DNA of 64,000 nucleotides from Eledone cirrhosa. Taxonomy: Eukaryota. The position numbers and the translations under genes were made by a program. Under the pieces are notes generated by a model, which worked only from the letters and a program-made list of their open reading frames with translations, did no database searches and had not been told where the DNA came from. The first letter of the stretch is position 1; every line of letters starts with the position of its first letter. Below, piece by piece: positions 1 to 15,000 of the stretch. The stretch lies in the NCBI GenBank assembly GCA_964016885.1, contig OZ024740.1, forward strand, positions 95,666,001 through 95,730,000, read 5' to 3'.

Positions 1-3000
1 GTCATTGTACGCACCGGTTCAGCGGAAACGATAAAAACAAATAACGAAACGAAATTAAATTTCTTTTCGCTTCTAACTCACTTTTGTATGACTGACGCTT
101 AAACAATTAAGTTAATGTGTACATCTACATATGTATACGGAAGTACTAGTATGCATATAAATACACACATGTATACATATGTACATGTACTGAGTTTTTC
201 ACTAGACACTTTACAGTGAGTGTCCAGCTAGTCTGTATGTAACCAAACAGACGAACCGGGTTTTAGAGTCATACGAGTTTTCAAGGAAACAGACTTCCTC
301 TATTCTCCAGAGAGCCAGACAGGAATATTGGACTAGTTTCGATGTTATTACATCTCATCATCAATAATAACCCATCTTCAGGCTTCTCTAGAGAATTGTA
401 AAAGCACTTATCGTTATATGCTTTTTCTATGAAAATTAGTAGTGGGCAGACTAATTTGCATAGAACGTGAGTCATTGTGCGCACTGGTTCAGCGGAAACG
501 ATAAAAACAAATAACGAAACGAAACTAAATTTCGTTTCGCTTCTAACTCACTTTTGTATGACTGACGCTTAAACAATTAAGTTAAAGTGTACATCTACAT
601 ATGTATACGGAAGTACTAGTATGCATATAAATACACACATGTATACATATGTACATGTACTGAGTTTTTCACTAGACACTTTACAGTGAGTGTCCAGCTA
701 GTCTGTATGTAACCAAACAGACGAACCGGGTTTTAGAGTCATACAAGTTTTCAAGGAAACACACTTCCTCTATTCTCCAGAGAGCCAGACAGGTATATTG
801 GACTAGTTTCGATGTTATTACATCTCATCAGCAATATAACCCATCTTCCGGCTTCTCTAGCGAATTGTAAAAGCACATATCGTTATATGCTTTTTCTATG
901 AAAATTAGTAGTGGGCAGACTAATTTGCATAGGACGTGAGTCATTGTACGCACCGGTTCAGCGGAAACGATAAAAACAAATAACGAAACGAAATTAAATT
1001 TCGTTTCGCTTCTAACTCACTTTTGTATGACTGACGCTTAAACAATTAAGTTAAAGTGTACATCTACATATGTATACGGAAGTACTAGTATGCATATAAA
1101 TACACACATGTATACATATGTACATGTACTGTGTTTTTCACTAGACACTTTACAGTGAGTGTCCAGCTAGTCTGTATGTAACCAAACAGACGAACCGGGT
1201 TTTAGAGTCATACGAGTTTTCAAGGAAACACACTTCCTCTATTCTCCAGAGAGCCAGACAGGTATATTGGACAAGTTTCGATGTTATTACATCTCATCAG
1301 CAATATAACCCATCTTCCGGCTTCTCTAGAGAATTGTAAAAGCACATATCGTTATATGCTTTTTCTATGAAAATTAGTAGTGGGCAGACTAATTTGCATA
1401 GAACGTGAGTCATTGTACGCACCGGTTCAGCGGAAACGATAAAAACAAATAACGAAACGAAATTAAATTTCGTTTCTTTTCTAACTCACTTTTGTATGAC
1501 TGACGCTTAAACAATTAAGTTAAAGTGTACCTCTACATATGTATACGGAAGTACTAGTAGGCATATAAATACACACATGTATACATATGTACATGTACTG
1601 AGTTTTTCACTAGACACTTTACAGTGAGTGTCCAGCTAGTCTGTATGTAACCAAACAGACGAACCGGGTTTTAGAGTCATACGAGTTTTCAAGGAAAAAC
1701 ACTTCCTCTATTCTCCAGAGAGCCAGACAGGAATATTGGACTAGTTTCGATGTTATTACATCTCATCAGCAATATAACCCATCTTCCGGCTTCTCTAGAG
1801 AATTGTAAAAGCACATATCGTTATATGCTTTTTCTATGAAAATTAGTAGTGGGCAGACTAATTTGCATAGAACGTGAGTCATTGTACGCACCGGTTCAGC
1901 GGAAACGATAAAAACAAATAACGAAACGAAATTAAATTTCGTTTCGCTTCTAACTCACTTTTGTATGACTGATGCTTAAACAATTAAGTTAAAGTGTACA
2001 TCTACATATGTATACGGAAGTACTAGTATGCATATAAATACACACATGTATACATATGTACATGTACTGAGTTTTTCACTAGACACTTTACAGTAAGTGT
2101 CCAGCTAGACTGTATGTAACCAAACAGACGAACCGGGTTTTAGAGTCATACGAGTTTTCAAGGAAACAGACTTCCTCTATTCTCCAGAGAGCCAGACAGG
2201 AATATTGGACTAGTTTCGATGTTATTACATCTCATCAGCAATAATAACCCATCTTCCGGCTTCTCTAGAGAATTGTAAAAGCACATATCGTTATATGCTT
2301 TTTCTATGAAAATTAGTAGTGGGCAGACTAATTTGCATAGAACGTGAGTCATTGTACGCACCGGTTCAGCGGAAACGATAAAAACAAATAACGAAACGAA
2401 ATTAAATTTCGTTTCGCTTCTAACTCACTTTTGTATGACTGATGCTTAAACAATTAAGTTAAAGTGTACATCTACATATGTATACGGAAGTACTAGTATG
2501 CATATAAATACACACATGTATACATATGTACATGTACTGAGTTTTTCACTAGACTCTTTACAGTGAGTGTCCAGCTAGTCTGTATGTAACCAAGCAGACG
2601 AACCGGGTTTTAGAGTCATACGAGTTTTCAATGAAAAACACTTCCTCTATTCTCCAGAGAGCCAGACATGAATATTGGACTAGTTTCGATGTTATTACAT
2701 TTAATCAGCAATATAATCCCATCTTCCGGCTTCTCTAGAGAATTGTAAAAGCACATATCGTTATATGCTTTTCCTATGAAAATTAGTAGTGGGCAGACTA
2801 ATTTGCATAGAACGTGAGTCATTGTACGCACCGGTTCAGCGGAAACGATAAAAACAAATAACGAAACGAAATTAAATTTCTTTTCGCTTCTAACTCACTT
2901 TTGTATGACTGACGCTTAAACAATTAAGTTAATGTGTACATCTACATATGTATACGGAAGTACTAGTATGCATATAAATACACACATGTATACATATGTA

Positions 3001-6000
3001 CATGTACTGAGTTTTTCACTAGACACTTTACAGTGAGTGTCCAGCTAGTCTGTATGTAACCAAACAGACGAACCGGGTTTTAGAGTCATACGAGTTTTCA
3101 AGGAAACAGACTTCCTCTATTCTCCAGAGAGCCAGACAGGAATATTGGACTAGTTTCGATGTTATTACATCTCATCATCAATAATAACCCATCTTCAGGC
3201 TTCTCTAGAGAATTGTAAAAGCACTTATCGTTATATGCTTTTTCTATGAAAATTAGTAGTGGGCAGACTAATTTGCATAGAACGTGAGTCATTGTGCGCA
3301 CTGGTTCAGCGGAAACGATAAAAACAAATAACGAAACGAAACTAAATTTCGTTTCGCTTCTAACTCACTTTTGTATGACTGACGCTTAAACAATTAAGTT
3401 AAAGTGTACATCTACATATGTATACGGACGTACTAGTATGCATATAAATACACACATGTATACATATGTACATGTACTGAGTTTTTCACTAGACACTTTA
3501 CAGTGAGTGTCCAGCTAGTCGGTATGTAACCAAACAGACGAACCGGGTTTTAGAGTCATACAAGTTTTCAAGGAAACACACTTCCTCTATTCTCCAGAGA
3601 GCCAGACAGGTATATTGGACTAGTTTCGATGTTATTACATCTCATCAGCAATATAACCCATCTTCCGGCTTCTCTAGCGAATTGTAAATGCACATATCGT
3701 TATATGCTTTTTCTATGAAAATTAGTAGTGGGCAGACTAATTTACATAGGACGTGAGTCATTGTACGCACCGGTTCAGCGGAAACGATAAAAACAAATAA
3801 CGAAACGAAATTAAATTTCGTTTCGCTTCTAACTCACTTTTGTATGACTGACGCTTAAACAATTAAGTTAAAGTGTACATCTACATATGTATACGGAAGT
3901 ACTAGTATGCATATAAATACACACATGTATACATATGTACATGTACTGTGTTTTTCACTAGACACTTTACAGTGAGTGTCCAGCTAGTCTGTATGTAACC
4001 AAACAGACGAACCGGGTTTTAGAGTCATACGAGTTTTCAAGGAAACACACTTCCTCTATTCTCCAGAGAGCCAGACAGGTATATTGGACAAGTTTCGATG
4101 TTATTACATCTCATCAGCAATATAACCCATCTTCCGGCTTCTCTAGAGAATTGTAAAAGCACATATCGTTATATGCTTTTTCTATGAAAATTAGTAGTGG
4201 GCAGACTAATTTGCATAGAACGTGAGTCATTGTACGCACCGGTTCAGCGGAAACGATAAAAACAAATAACGAAACGAAATTAAATTTCGTTTCTTTTCTA
4301 ACTCACTTTTGTATGACTGACGCTTAAACAATTAAGTTAAAGTGTACCTCTACATATGTATACGGAAGTACTAGTAGGCATATAAATACACACATGTATA
4401 CATATGTACATGTACTGAGTTTTTCACTAGACACTTTACAGTGAGTGTCCAGCTAGTCTGTATGTAACCAAACAGACGAACCGGGTTTTAGAGTCATACG
4501 AGTTTTCAAGGAAAAACACTTCCTCTATTCTCCAGAGAGCCAGACAGGAATATTGGACTAGTTTCGATGTTATTACATCTCATCAGCAATATAACCCATC
4601 TTCCGGCTTCTCTAGAGAATTGTAAAAGCACATATCGTTATATGCTTTTTCTATGAAAATTAGTAGTGGGCAGACTAATTTGCATAGAACGTGAGTCATT
4701 GTACGCACCGGTTCAGCGGAAACGATAAAAACAAATAACGAAACGAAATTAAATTTCGTTTCGCTTCTAACTCACTTTTGTATGACTGATGCTTAAACAA
4801 TTAAGTTAAAGTGTACATCTACATATGTATACGGAAGTACTAGTATGCATATAAATACACACATGTATACATATGTACATGTACTGAGTTTTTCACTAGA
4901 CACTTTACAGTGAGTGTCCCGCTAGTCTGTATGTAACCAAACAGACGAAGCGGGTTTTAGATTCTTACGAGTTTTCAAGGAAACACACTTCCTCTATTCT
5001 CCATAGAGCCAGACAGGAATATTGGACTAGTTTCGATGTCATTACATCTCATCAGCAATATAAACCCATCTTCCGGCTTCTCTAGAGAATTGTAAAAGCA
5101 CATATCGTTATATGCTTTTTCTATGAAAATTAGTAGTGGGCAGACTAATTTGCATAGAACGTGAGTCATTGTACGCACCGGTTCAGCGGAAACGATAAAA
5201 ACAAATAACGAAACGAAATTAAATTTCGTTTCGCTTCTAACTCACTTTTGTATGACTGATGCTTAAACAATTAAGTTAAAGTGTACATCTACATATGTAT
5301 ACGGAAGTACTAGTATGCATATAAATACACACATGTATACATATGTACATGTACTGAGTTTTTCACTAGACACTTTACAGTAAGTGTCCATCTAGACTGT
5401 ATGTAACCAAACAGACGAACCGGGTTTTAGAGTCATACGAGTTTTCAAGGAAACAGACTTCCTCTATTCTCCAGAGAGCCAGACAGGAATATTGGACTAG
5501 TTTCGATGTTATTACATCTCATCAGCAATAATAACCCATCTTCCGGCTTCTCTAGAGAATTGTAAAAGCACATATCGTTATATGCTTTTCCTATGAAAAT
5601 TAGTAGTGGGCAGACTAATTTGCATAGAACGTGAGTCATTGTACGCACCGGTTCAGCGGAAACGATAAAAACAAATAACGAAACGAAATTAAATTTCTTT
5701 TCGCTTCTAACTCACTTTTGTATGACTGACGCTTAAACAATTAAGTTAATGTGTACATCTACATATGTATACGGAAGTACTAGTATGCATATAAATACAC
5801 ACATGTATACATATGTACATGTACTGAGTTTTTCACTAGACACTTTACAGTGAGTGTCCAGCTAGTCTGTATGTAACCAAACAGACGAACCGGGTTTTAG
5901 AGTCATACGAGTTTTCAAGGAAACAGACTTCCTCTATTCTCCAGAGAGCCAGACAGGAATATTGGACTAGTTTCGATGTTATTACATCTCATCATCAATA

Positions 6001-9000
6001 ATAACCCATCTTCAGGCTTCTCTAGAGAATTGTAAAAGCACTTATCGTTATATGCTTTTTCTATGAAAATTAGTAGTGGGCAGACTAATTTGCATAGAAC
6101 GTGAGTCATTGTGCGCACTGGTTCAGCGGAAACGATAAAAACAAATAACGAAACGAAACTAAATTTCGTTTCGCTTCTAACTCACTTTTGTATGACTGAC
6201 GCTTAAACAATTAAGTTAAAGTGTACATCTACATATGTATACGGAAGTACTAGTATGCATATAAATACACACATGTATACATATGTACATGTACTGAGTT
6301 TTTCACTAGACACTTTACAGTGAGTGTCCAGCTAGTCTGTATGTAACCAAACAGACGAACCGGGTTTTAGAGTCATACAAGTTTTCAAGGAAACACACTT
6401 CCTCTATTCTCCAGAGAGCCAGACAGGTATATTGGACTAGTTTCGATGTTATTACATCTCATCAGCAATATAACCCATCTTCCGGCTTCTCTAGCGAATT
6501 GTAAAAGCACATATCGTTATATGCTTTTTCTATGAAAATTAGTAGTGGGCAGACTAATTTGCATAGGACGTGAGTCATTGTACGCACCGGTTCAGCGGAA
6601 ACGATAAAAACAAATAACGAAACGAAATTAAATTTCGTTTCGCTTCTAACTCACTTTTGTATGACTGACGCTTAAACAATTAAGTTAAAGTGTACATCTA
6701 CATATGTATACGGAAGTACTAGTATGCATATAAATACACACATGTATACATATGTACATGTACTGTGTTTTTCACTAGACACTTTACAGTGAGTGTCCAG
6801 CTAGTCTGTATGTAACCAAACAGACGAACCGGGTTTTAGAGTCATACGAGTTTTCAAGGAAACACACTTCCTCTATTCTCCAGAGAGCCAGACAGGTATA
6901 TTGGACAAGTTTCGATGTTATTACATCTCATCAGCAATATAACCCATCTTCCGGCTTCTCTAGAGAATTGTAAAAGCACATATCGTTATATGCTTTTTCT
7001 ATGAAAATTAGTAGTGGGCAGACTAATTTGCATAGAACGTGAGTCATTGTACGCACCGGTTCAGCGGAAACGATAAAAACAAATAACGAAACGAAATTAA
7101 ATTTCGTTTCTTTTCTAACTCACTTTTGTATGACTGACGCTTAAACAATTAAGTTAAAGTGTACCTCTACATATGTATACGGAAGTACTAGTAGGCATAT
7201 AAATACACACATGTATACATATGTACATGTACTGAGTTTTTCACTAGACACTTTACAGTGAGTGTCCAGCTAGTCTGTATGTAACCAAACAGACGAACCG
7301 GGTTTTAGAGTCATACGAGTTTTCAAGGAAAAACACTTCCTCTATTCTCCAGAGAGCCAGACAGGAATATTGGACTAGTTTCGATGTTATTACATCTCAT
7401 CAGCAATATAACCCATCTTCCGGCTTCTCTAGAGAATTGTAAAAGCACATATCGTTATATGCTTTTTCTATGAAAATTAGTAGTGGGCAGACTAATTTGC
7501 ATAGAACGTGAGTCATTGTACGCACCGGTTCAGCGGAAACGATAAAAACAAATAACGAAACGAAATTAAATTTCGTTTCGCTTCTAACTCACTTTTGTAT
7601 GACTGATGCTTAAACAATTAAGTTAAAGTGTACATCTACATATGTATACGGAAGTACTAGTATGCATATAAATACACACATGTATACATATGTACATGTA
7701 CTGAGTTTTTCACTAGACACTTTACAGTAAGTGTCCAGCTAGACTGTATGTAACCAAACAGACGAACCGGGTTTTAGAGTCATACGAGTTTTCAAGGAAA
7801 CAGACTTCCTCTATTCTCCAGAGAGCCAGACAGGAATATTGGACTAGTTTCGATGTTATTACATCTCATCAGCAATAATAACCCATCTTCCGGCTTCTCT
7901 AGAGAATTGTAAAAGCACATATCGTTATATGCTTTTTCTATGAAAATTAGTAGTGGGCAGACTAATTTGCATAGAACGTGAGTCATTGTACGCACCGGTT
8001 CAGCGGAAACGATAAAAACAAATAACGAAACGAAATTAAATTTCGTTTCGCTTCTAACTCACTTTTGTATGACTGATGCTTAAACAATTAAGTTAAAGTG
8101 TACATCTACATATGTATACGGAAGTACTAGTATGCATATAAATACACACATGTATACATATGTACATGTACTGAGTTTTTCACTAGACTCTTTACAGTGA
8201 GTGTCCAGCTAGTCTGTATGTAACCAAGCAGACGAACCGGGTTTTAGAGTCATACGAGTTTTCAATGAAAAACACTTCCTCTATTCTCCAGAGAGCCAGA
8301 CATGAATATTGGACTAGTTTCGATGTTATTACATTTAATCAGCAATATAATCCCATCTTCCGGCTTCTCTAGAGAATTGTAAAAGCACATATCGTTATAT
8401 GCTTTTCCTATGAAAATTAGTAGTGGGCAGACTAATTTGCATAGAACGTGAGTCATTGTACGCACCGGTTCAGCGGAAACGATAAAAACAAATAACGAAA
8501 CGAAATTAAATTTCTTTTCGCTTCTAACTCACTTTTGTATGACTGACGCTTAAACAATTAAGTTAATGTGTACATCTACATATGTATACGGAAGTACTAG
8601 TATGCATATAAATACACACATGTATACATATGTACATGTACTGAGTTTTTCACTAGACACTTTACAGTGAGTGTCCAGCTAGTCTGTATGTAACCAAACA
8701 GACGAACCGGGTTTTAGAGTCATACGAGTTTTCAAGGAAACAGACTTCCTCTATTCTCCAGAGAGCCAGACAGGAATATTGGACTAGTTTCGATGTTATT
8801 ACATCTCATCATCAATAATAACCCATCTTCAGGCTTCTCTAGAGAATTGTAAAAGCACTTATCGTTATATGCTTTTTCTATGAAAATTAGTAGTGGGCAG
8901 ACTAATTTGCATAGAACGTGAGTCATTGTGCGCACTGGTTCAGCGGAAACGATAAAAACAAATAACGAAACGAAACTAAATTTCGTTTCGCTTCTAACTC

Positions 9001-12000
9001 ACTTTTGTATGACTGACGCTTAAACAATTAAGTTAAAGTGTACATCTACATATGTATACGGACGTACTAGTATGCATATAAATACACACATGTATACATA
9101 TGTACATGTACTGAGTTTTTCACTAGACACTTTACAGTGAGTGTCCAGCTAGTCGGTATGTAACCAAACAGACGAACCGGGTTTTAGAGTCATACAAGTT
9201 TTCAAGGAAACACACTTCCTCTATTCTCCAGAGAGCCAGACAGGTATATTGGACTAGTTTCGATGTTATTACATCTCATCAGCAATATAACCCATCTTCC
9301 GGCTTCTCTAGCGAATTGTAAATGCACATATCGTTATATGCTTTTTCTATGAAAATTAGTAGTGGGCAGACTAATTTACATAGGACGTGAGTCATTGTAC
9401 GCACCGGTTCAGCGGAAACGATAAAAACAAATAACGAAACGAAATTAAATTTCGTTTCGCTTCTAACTCACTTTTGTATGACTGACGCTTAAACAATTAA
9501 GTTAAAGTGTACATCTACATATGTATACGGAAGTACTAGTATGCATATAAATACACACATGTATACATATGTACATGTACTGTGTTTTTCACTAGACACT
9601 TTACAGTGAGTGTCCAGCTAGTCTGTATGTAACCAAACAGACGAACCGGGTTTTAGAGTCATACGAGTTTTCAAGGAAACACACTTCCTCTATTCTCCAG
9701 AGAGCCAGACAGGTATATTGGACAAGTTTCGATGTTATTACATCTCATCAGCAATATAACCCATCTTCCGGCTTCTCTAGAGAATTGTAAAAGCACATAT
9801 CGTTATATGCTTTTTCTATGAAAATTAGTAGTGGGCAGACTAATTTGCATAGAACGTGAGTCATTGTACGCACCGGTTCAGCGGAAACGATAAAAACAAA
9901 TAACGAAACGAAATTAAATTTCGTTTCTTTTCTAACTCACTTTTGTATGACTGACGCTTAAACAATTAAGTTAAAGTGTACCTCTACATATGTATACGGA
10001 AGTACTAGTAGGCATATAAATACACACATGTATACATATGTACATGTACTGAGTTTTTCACTAGACACTTTACAGTGAGTGTCCAGCTAGTCTGTATGTA
10101 ACCAAACAGACGAACCGGGTTTTAGAGTCATACGAGTTTTCAAGGAAAAACACTTCCTCTATTCTCCAGAGAGCCAGACAGGAATATTGGACTAGTTTCG
10201 ATGTTATTACATCTCATCAGCAATATAACCCATCTTCCGGCTTCTCTAGAGAATTGTAAAAGCACATATCGTTATATGCTTTTTCTATGAAAATTAGTAG
10301 TGGGCAGACTAATTTGCATAGAACGTGAGTCATTGTACGCACCGGTTCAGCGGAAACGATAAAAACAAATAACGAAACGAAATTAAATTTCGTTTCGCTT
10401 CTAACTCACTTTTGTATGACTGATGCTTAAACAATTAAGTTAAAGTGTACATCTACATATGTATACGGAAGTACTAGTATGCATATAAATACACACATGT
10501 ATACATATGTACATGTACTGAGTTTTTCACTAGACACTTTACAGTAAGTGTCCAGCTAGACTGTATGTAACCAAACAGACGAACCGGGTTTTAGAGTCAT
10601 ACGAGTTTTCAAGGAAACAGACTTCCTCTATTCTCCAGAGAGCCAGACAGGAATATTGGACTAGTTTCGATGTTAATACATCTCATCAGCAATATAAACC
10701 CATCTTCCGGCTTCTCTAGAGAATTGTAAAAGCACATATCGTTATATGCTTTTTCTATGAAAATTAGTAGTGGGCAGACTAATTTGCATAGAACGTGAGT
10801 CATTGTACGCACCGGTTCAGCGGAAACGATAAAAACAAATAACGAAACGAAATTAAATTTCGTTTCGCTTCTAACTCACTTTTGTATGACTGATGCTTAA
10901 ACAATTAAGTTAAAGTGTACATCTACATATGTATACGGAAGTACTAGTATGCATATAAATACACACATGTATACATATGTACATGTACTGAGTTTTTCAC
11001 TAGACTCTTTACAGTGAGTGTCCAGCTAGTCTGTATGTAACCAAGCAGACGAACCGGGTTTTAGAGTCATACGAGTTTTCAATGAAAAACACTTCCTCTA
11101 TTCTCCAGAGGGCCAGACATGAATATTGGACTAGTTTCGATGTTATTACATTTAATCAGCAATATAAACCCATCTTCCGGCTTCTCTAGAGAATTGTAAA
11201 AGCACATATCGTTATATGCTTTTCCTATGAAAATTAGTAGTGGGCAGACTAATTTGCATAGAACGTGAGTCATTGTACGCACCGGTTCAGCGGAAACGAT
11301 AAAAACAAATAACGAAACGAAATTAAATTTCTTTTCGCTTCTAACTCACTTTTGTATGACTGACGCTTAAACAATTAAGTTAATGTGTACATCTACATAT
11401 GTATACGGAAGTACTAGTATGCATATAAATACACACATGTATACATATGTACATGTAATGAGTTTTTCACTAGACACTTTACAGTGAGTGTCCAGCTAGT
11501 CTGTATGTAACCAAACAGACGAACCGGGTTTTAGAGTCATACGAGTTTTCAAGGAAACAGACTTCCTCTATTCTCCAGAGAGCCAGACAGGAATATTGGA
11601 CTAGTTTCGATGTTATTACATCTCATCATCAATAATAACCCATCTTCAGGCTTCTCTAGAGAATTGTAAAAGCACTTATCGTTATATGCTTTTTCTATGA
11701 AAATTAGTAGTGGGCAGACTAATTTGCATAGAACGTGAGTCATTGTGCGCACTGGTTCAGCGGAAACGATAAAAACAAATAACGAAACGAAACTAAATTT
11801 CGTTTCGCTTCTAACTCACTTTTGTATGACTGACGCTTAAACAATTAAGTTAAAGTGTACATCTACATATGTATACGGAAGTACTAGTATGCATATAAAT
11901 ACACACATGTATACATATGTACATGTACTGAGTTTTTCACTAGACACTTTACAGTGAGTGTCCAGCTAGTCTGTATGTAACCAAACAGACGAACCGGGTT

Positions 12001-15000
12001 TTAGAGTCATACAAGTTTTCAAGGAAACACACTTCCTCTATTCTCCAGAGAGCCAGACAGGTATATTGGACTAGTTTCGATGTTATTACATCTCATCAGC
12101 AATATAACCCATCTTCCGGCTTCTCTAGCGAATTGTAAAAGCACATATCGTTATATGCTTTTTCTATGAAAATTAGTAGTGGGCAGACTAATTTGCATAG
12201 GACGTGAGTCATTGTACGCACCGGTTCAGCGGAAACGATAAAAACAAATAACGAAACGAAATTAAATTTCGTTTCGCTTCTAACTCACTTTTGTATGACT
12301 GACGCTTAAACAATTAAGTTAAAGTGTACATCTACATATGTATACGGAAGTACTAGTATGCATATAAATACACACATGTATACATATGTACATGTACTGT
12401 GTTTTTCACTACACACTTTACAGTGAGTGTCCAGCTAGTCTGTATGTAACCAAACAGACGAACCGGGTTTTAGAGTCATACGAGTTTTCAAGGAAACACA
12501 CTTCCTCTATTCTCCAGAGAGCCAGACAGGTATATTGGACAAGTTTCGATGTTATTACATCTCATCAGCAATATAACCCATCTTCCGGCTTCTCTAGAGA
12601 ATTGTAAAAGCACATATCGTTATATGCTTTTTCTATGAAAATTAGTAGTGGGCAGACTAATTTGCATAGAACGTGAGTCATTGTACGCACCGGTTGAGCG
12701 GAAACGATAAAAACAAATAACGAAACGAAATTAAATTTCGTTTCTTTTCTAACTCACTTTTGTATGACTGACGCTTAAACAATTAAGTTAAAGTGTACCT
12801 CTACATATGTATACGGAAGTACTCGTAGGCATATAAATACACACATGTATACATATGTACATGTACTAAGTTTTTCACTAGACACTTTACAGTGAGTGTC
12901 CAGCTAGTCTGTATGTAACCAAACAGACGAACCGGGTTTTAGAGTCATACGAGTTTTCAAGGAAAAACACTTCCTCTATTCTCCAGAGAGCCAGACAGGA
13001 ATATTGGACTAGTTTCGATGTTATTACATCTCATCAGCAATATAACCCATCTTCCGGCTTCTCTAGAGAATTGTAAAAGCACATATCGTTATATGCTTTT
13101 TCTATGAAAATTAGTAGTGGGCAGACTAATTTGCATAGAACGTGAGTCATTGTACGCACCGGTTCAGCGGAAACGATAAAAACAAATAACGAAACGAAAT
13201 TAAATTTCGTTTCGCTTCTAACTCACTTTTGTATGACTGATGCTTAAACAATTAAGTTAAAGTGTACATCTACATATGTATACGGAAGTACTAGTATGCA
13301 TATAAATACACACATGTATACATATGTACATGTACTGAGTTTTTCACTAGACACTTTACAGTAAGTGTCCAGCTAGACTGTATGTAACCAAACAGACGAA
13401 CCGGGTTTTAGAGTCATACGAGTTTTCAAGGAAACAGACTTCCTCTATTCTCCAGAGAGCCAGACAGGAATATTGGACTAGTTTCGATGTTATTACATCT
13501 CATCAGCAATAATAACCCATCTTCCGGCTTCTCTAGAGAATTGTAAAAGCACATATCGTTATATGCTTTTTCTATGAAAATTAGTAGTGGGCAGACTAAT
13601 TTGCATAGAACGTGAGTCATTGTACGCACCGGTTCAGCGGAAACGATAAAAACAAATAACGAAACGAAATTAAATTTCGTTTCGCTTCTAACTCACTTTT
13701 GTATGACTGATGCTTAAACAATTAAGTTAAAGTGTACATCTACATATGTATACGGAAGTACTAGTATGCATATAAATACACACATGTATACATATGTACA
13801 TGTACTGAGTTTTTCACTAGACTCTTTACAGTGAGTGTCCAGCTAGTCTGTATGTAACCAAGCAGACGAACCGGGTTTTAGAGTCATACGAGTTTTCAAT
13901 GAAAAACACTTCCTCTATTCTCCAGAGAGCCAGACATGAATATTGGACTAGTTTCGATGTTATTACATTTAATCAGCAATATAATCCCATATTCCGGCTT
14001 CTCTAGAGAATTGTAAAAGCACATATCGTTATATGCTTTTCCTATGAAAATTAGTAGTGGGCAGACTAATTTGCATAGAACGTGAGTCATTGTACGCACC
14101 GGTTCAGCGGAAACGATAAAAACAAATAACGAAACGAAATTAAATTTCTTTTCGCTTCTAACTCACTTTTGTATGACTGACGCTTAAACAATTAAGTTAA
14201 TGTGTACATCTACATATGTATACGGAAGTACTAGTATGCATATAAATACACACATGTATACATATGTACATGTACTGAGTTTTTCACTAGACACTTTACA
14301 GTGAGTGTCCAGCTAGTCTGTATGTAACCAAACAGACGAACCGGGTTTTAGAGTCATACGAGTTTTCAAGGAAACAGACTTCCTCTATTCTCTAGAGAGC
14401 CAGACAGGAATATTGGACTAGTTTCGATGTTATTACATCTCATCATCAATAATAACCCATCTTCAGGCTTCTCTAGCGAATTGTAAAAGCACATATCGTT
14501 ATATGCTTTTTCTATGAAAATTAGTAGTGGGCAGACTAATTTGCATAGGACGTGAGTCATTGTACGCACCGGTTCAGCGGAAACGATAAAAACAAATAAC
14601 GAAACGAAATTAAATTTCGTTTCGCTTCTAACTCACTTTTGTATGACTGACGCTTAAACAATTAAGTTAAAGTGTACATCTACATATGTATACGGAAGTA
14701 CTAGTATGCATATAAATACACACATGTATACATATGTACATGTACTGTGTTTTTCACTAGACACTTTACAGTGAGTGTCCAGCTAGTCTGTATGTAACCA
14801 AACAGACGAACCGGGTTTTAGAGTCATACGAGTTTTCAAGGAAACACACTTCCTCTATTCTCCAGAGAGCCAGACAGGTATATTGGACAAGTTTCGATGT
14901 TATTACATCTCATCAGCAATATAACCCATCTTCCGGCTTCTCTAGAGAATTGTAAAAGCACATATCGTTATATGCTTTTTCTATGAAAATTAGTAGTGGG

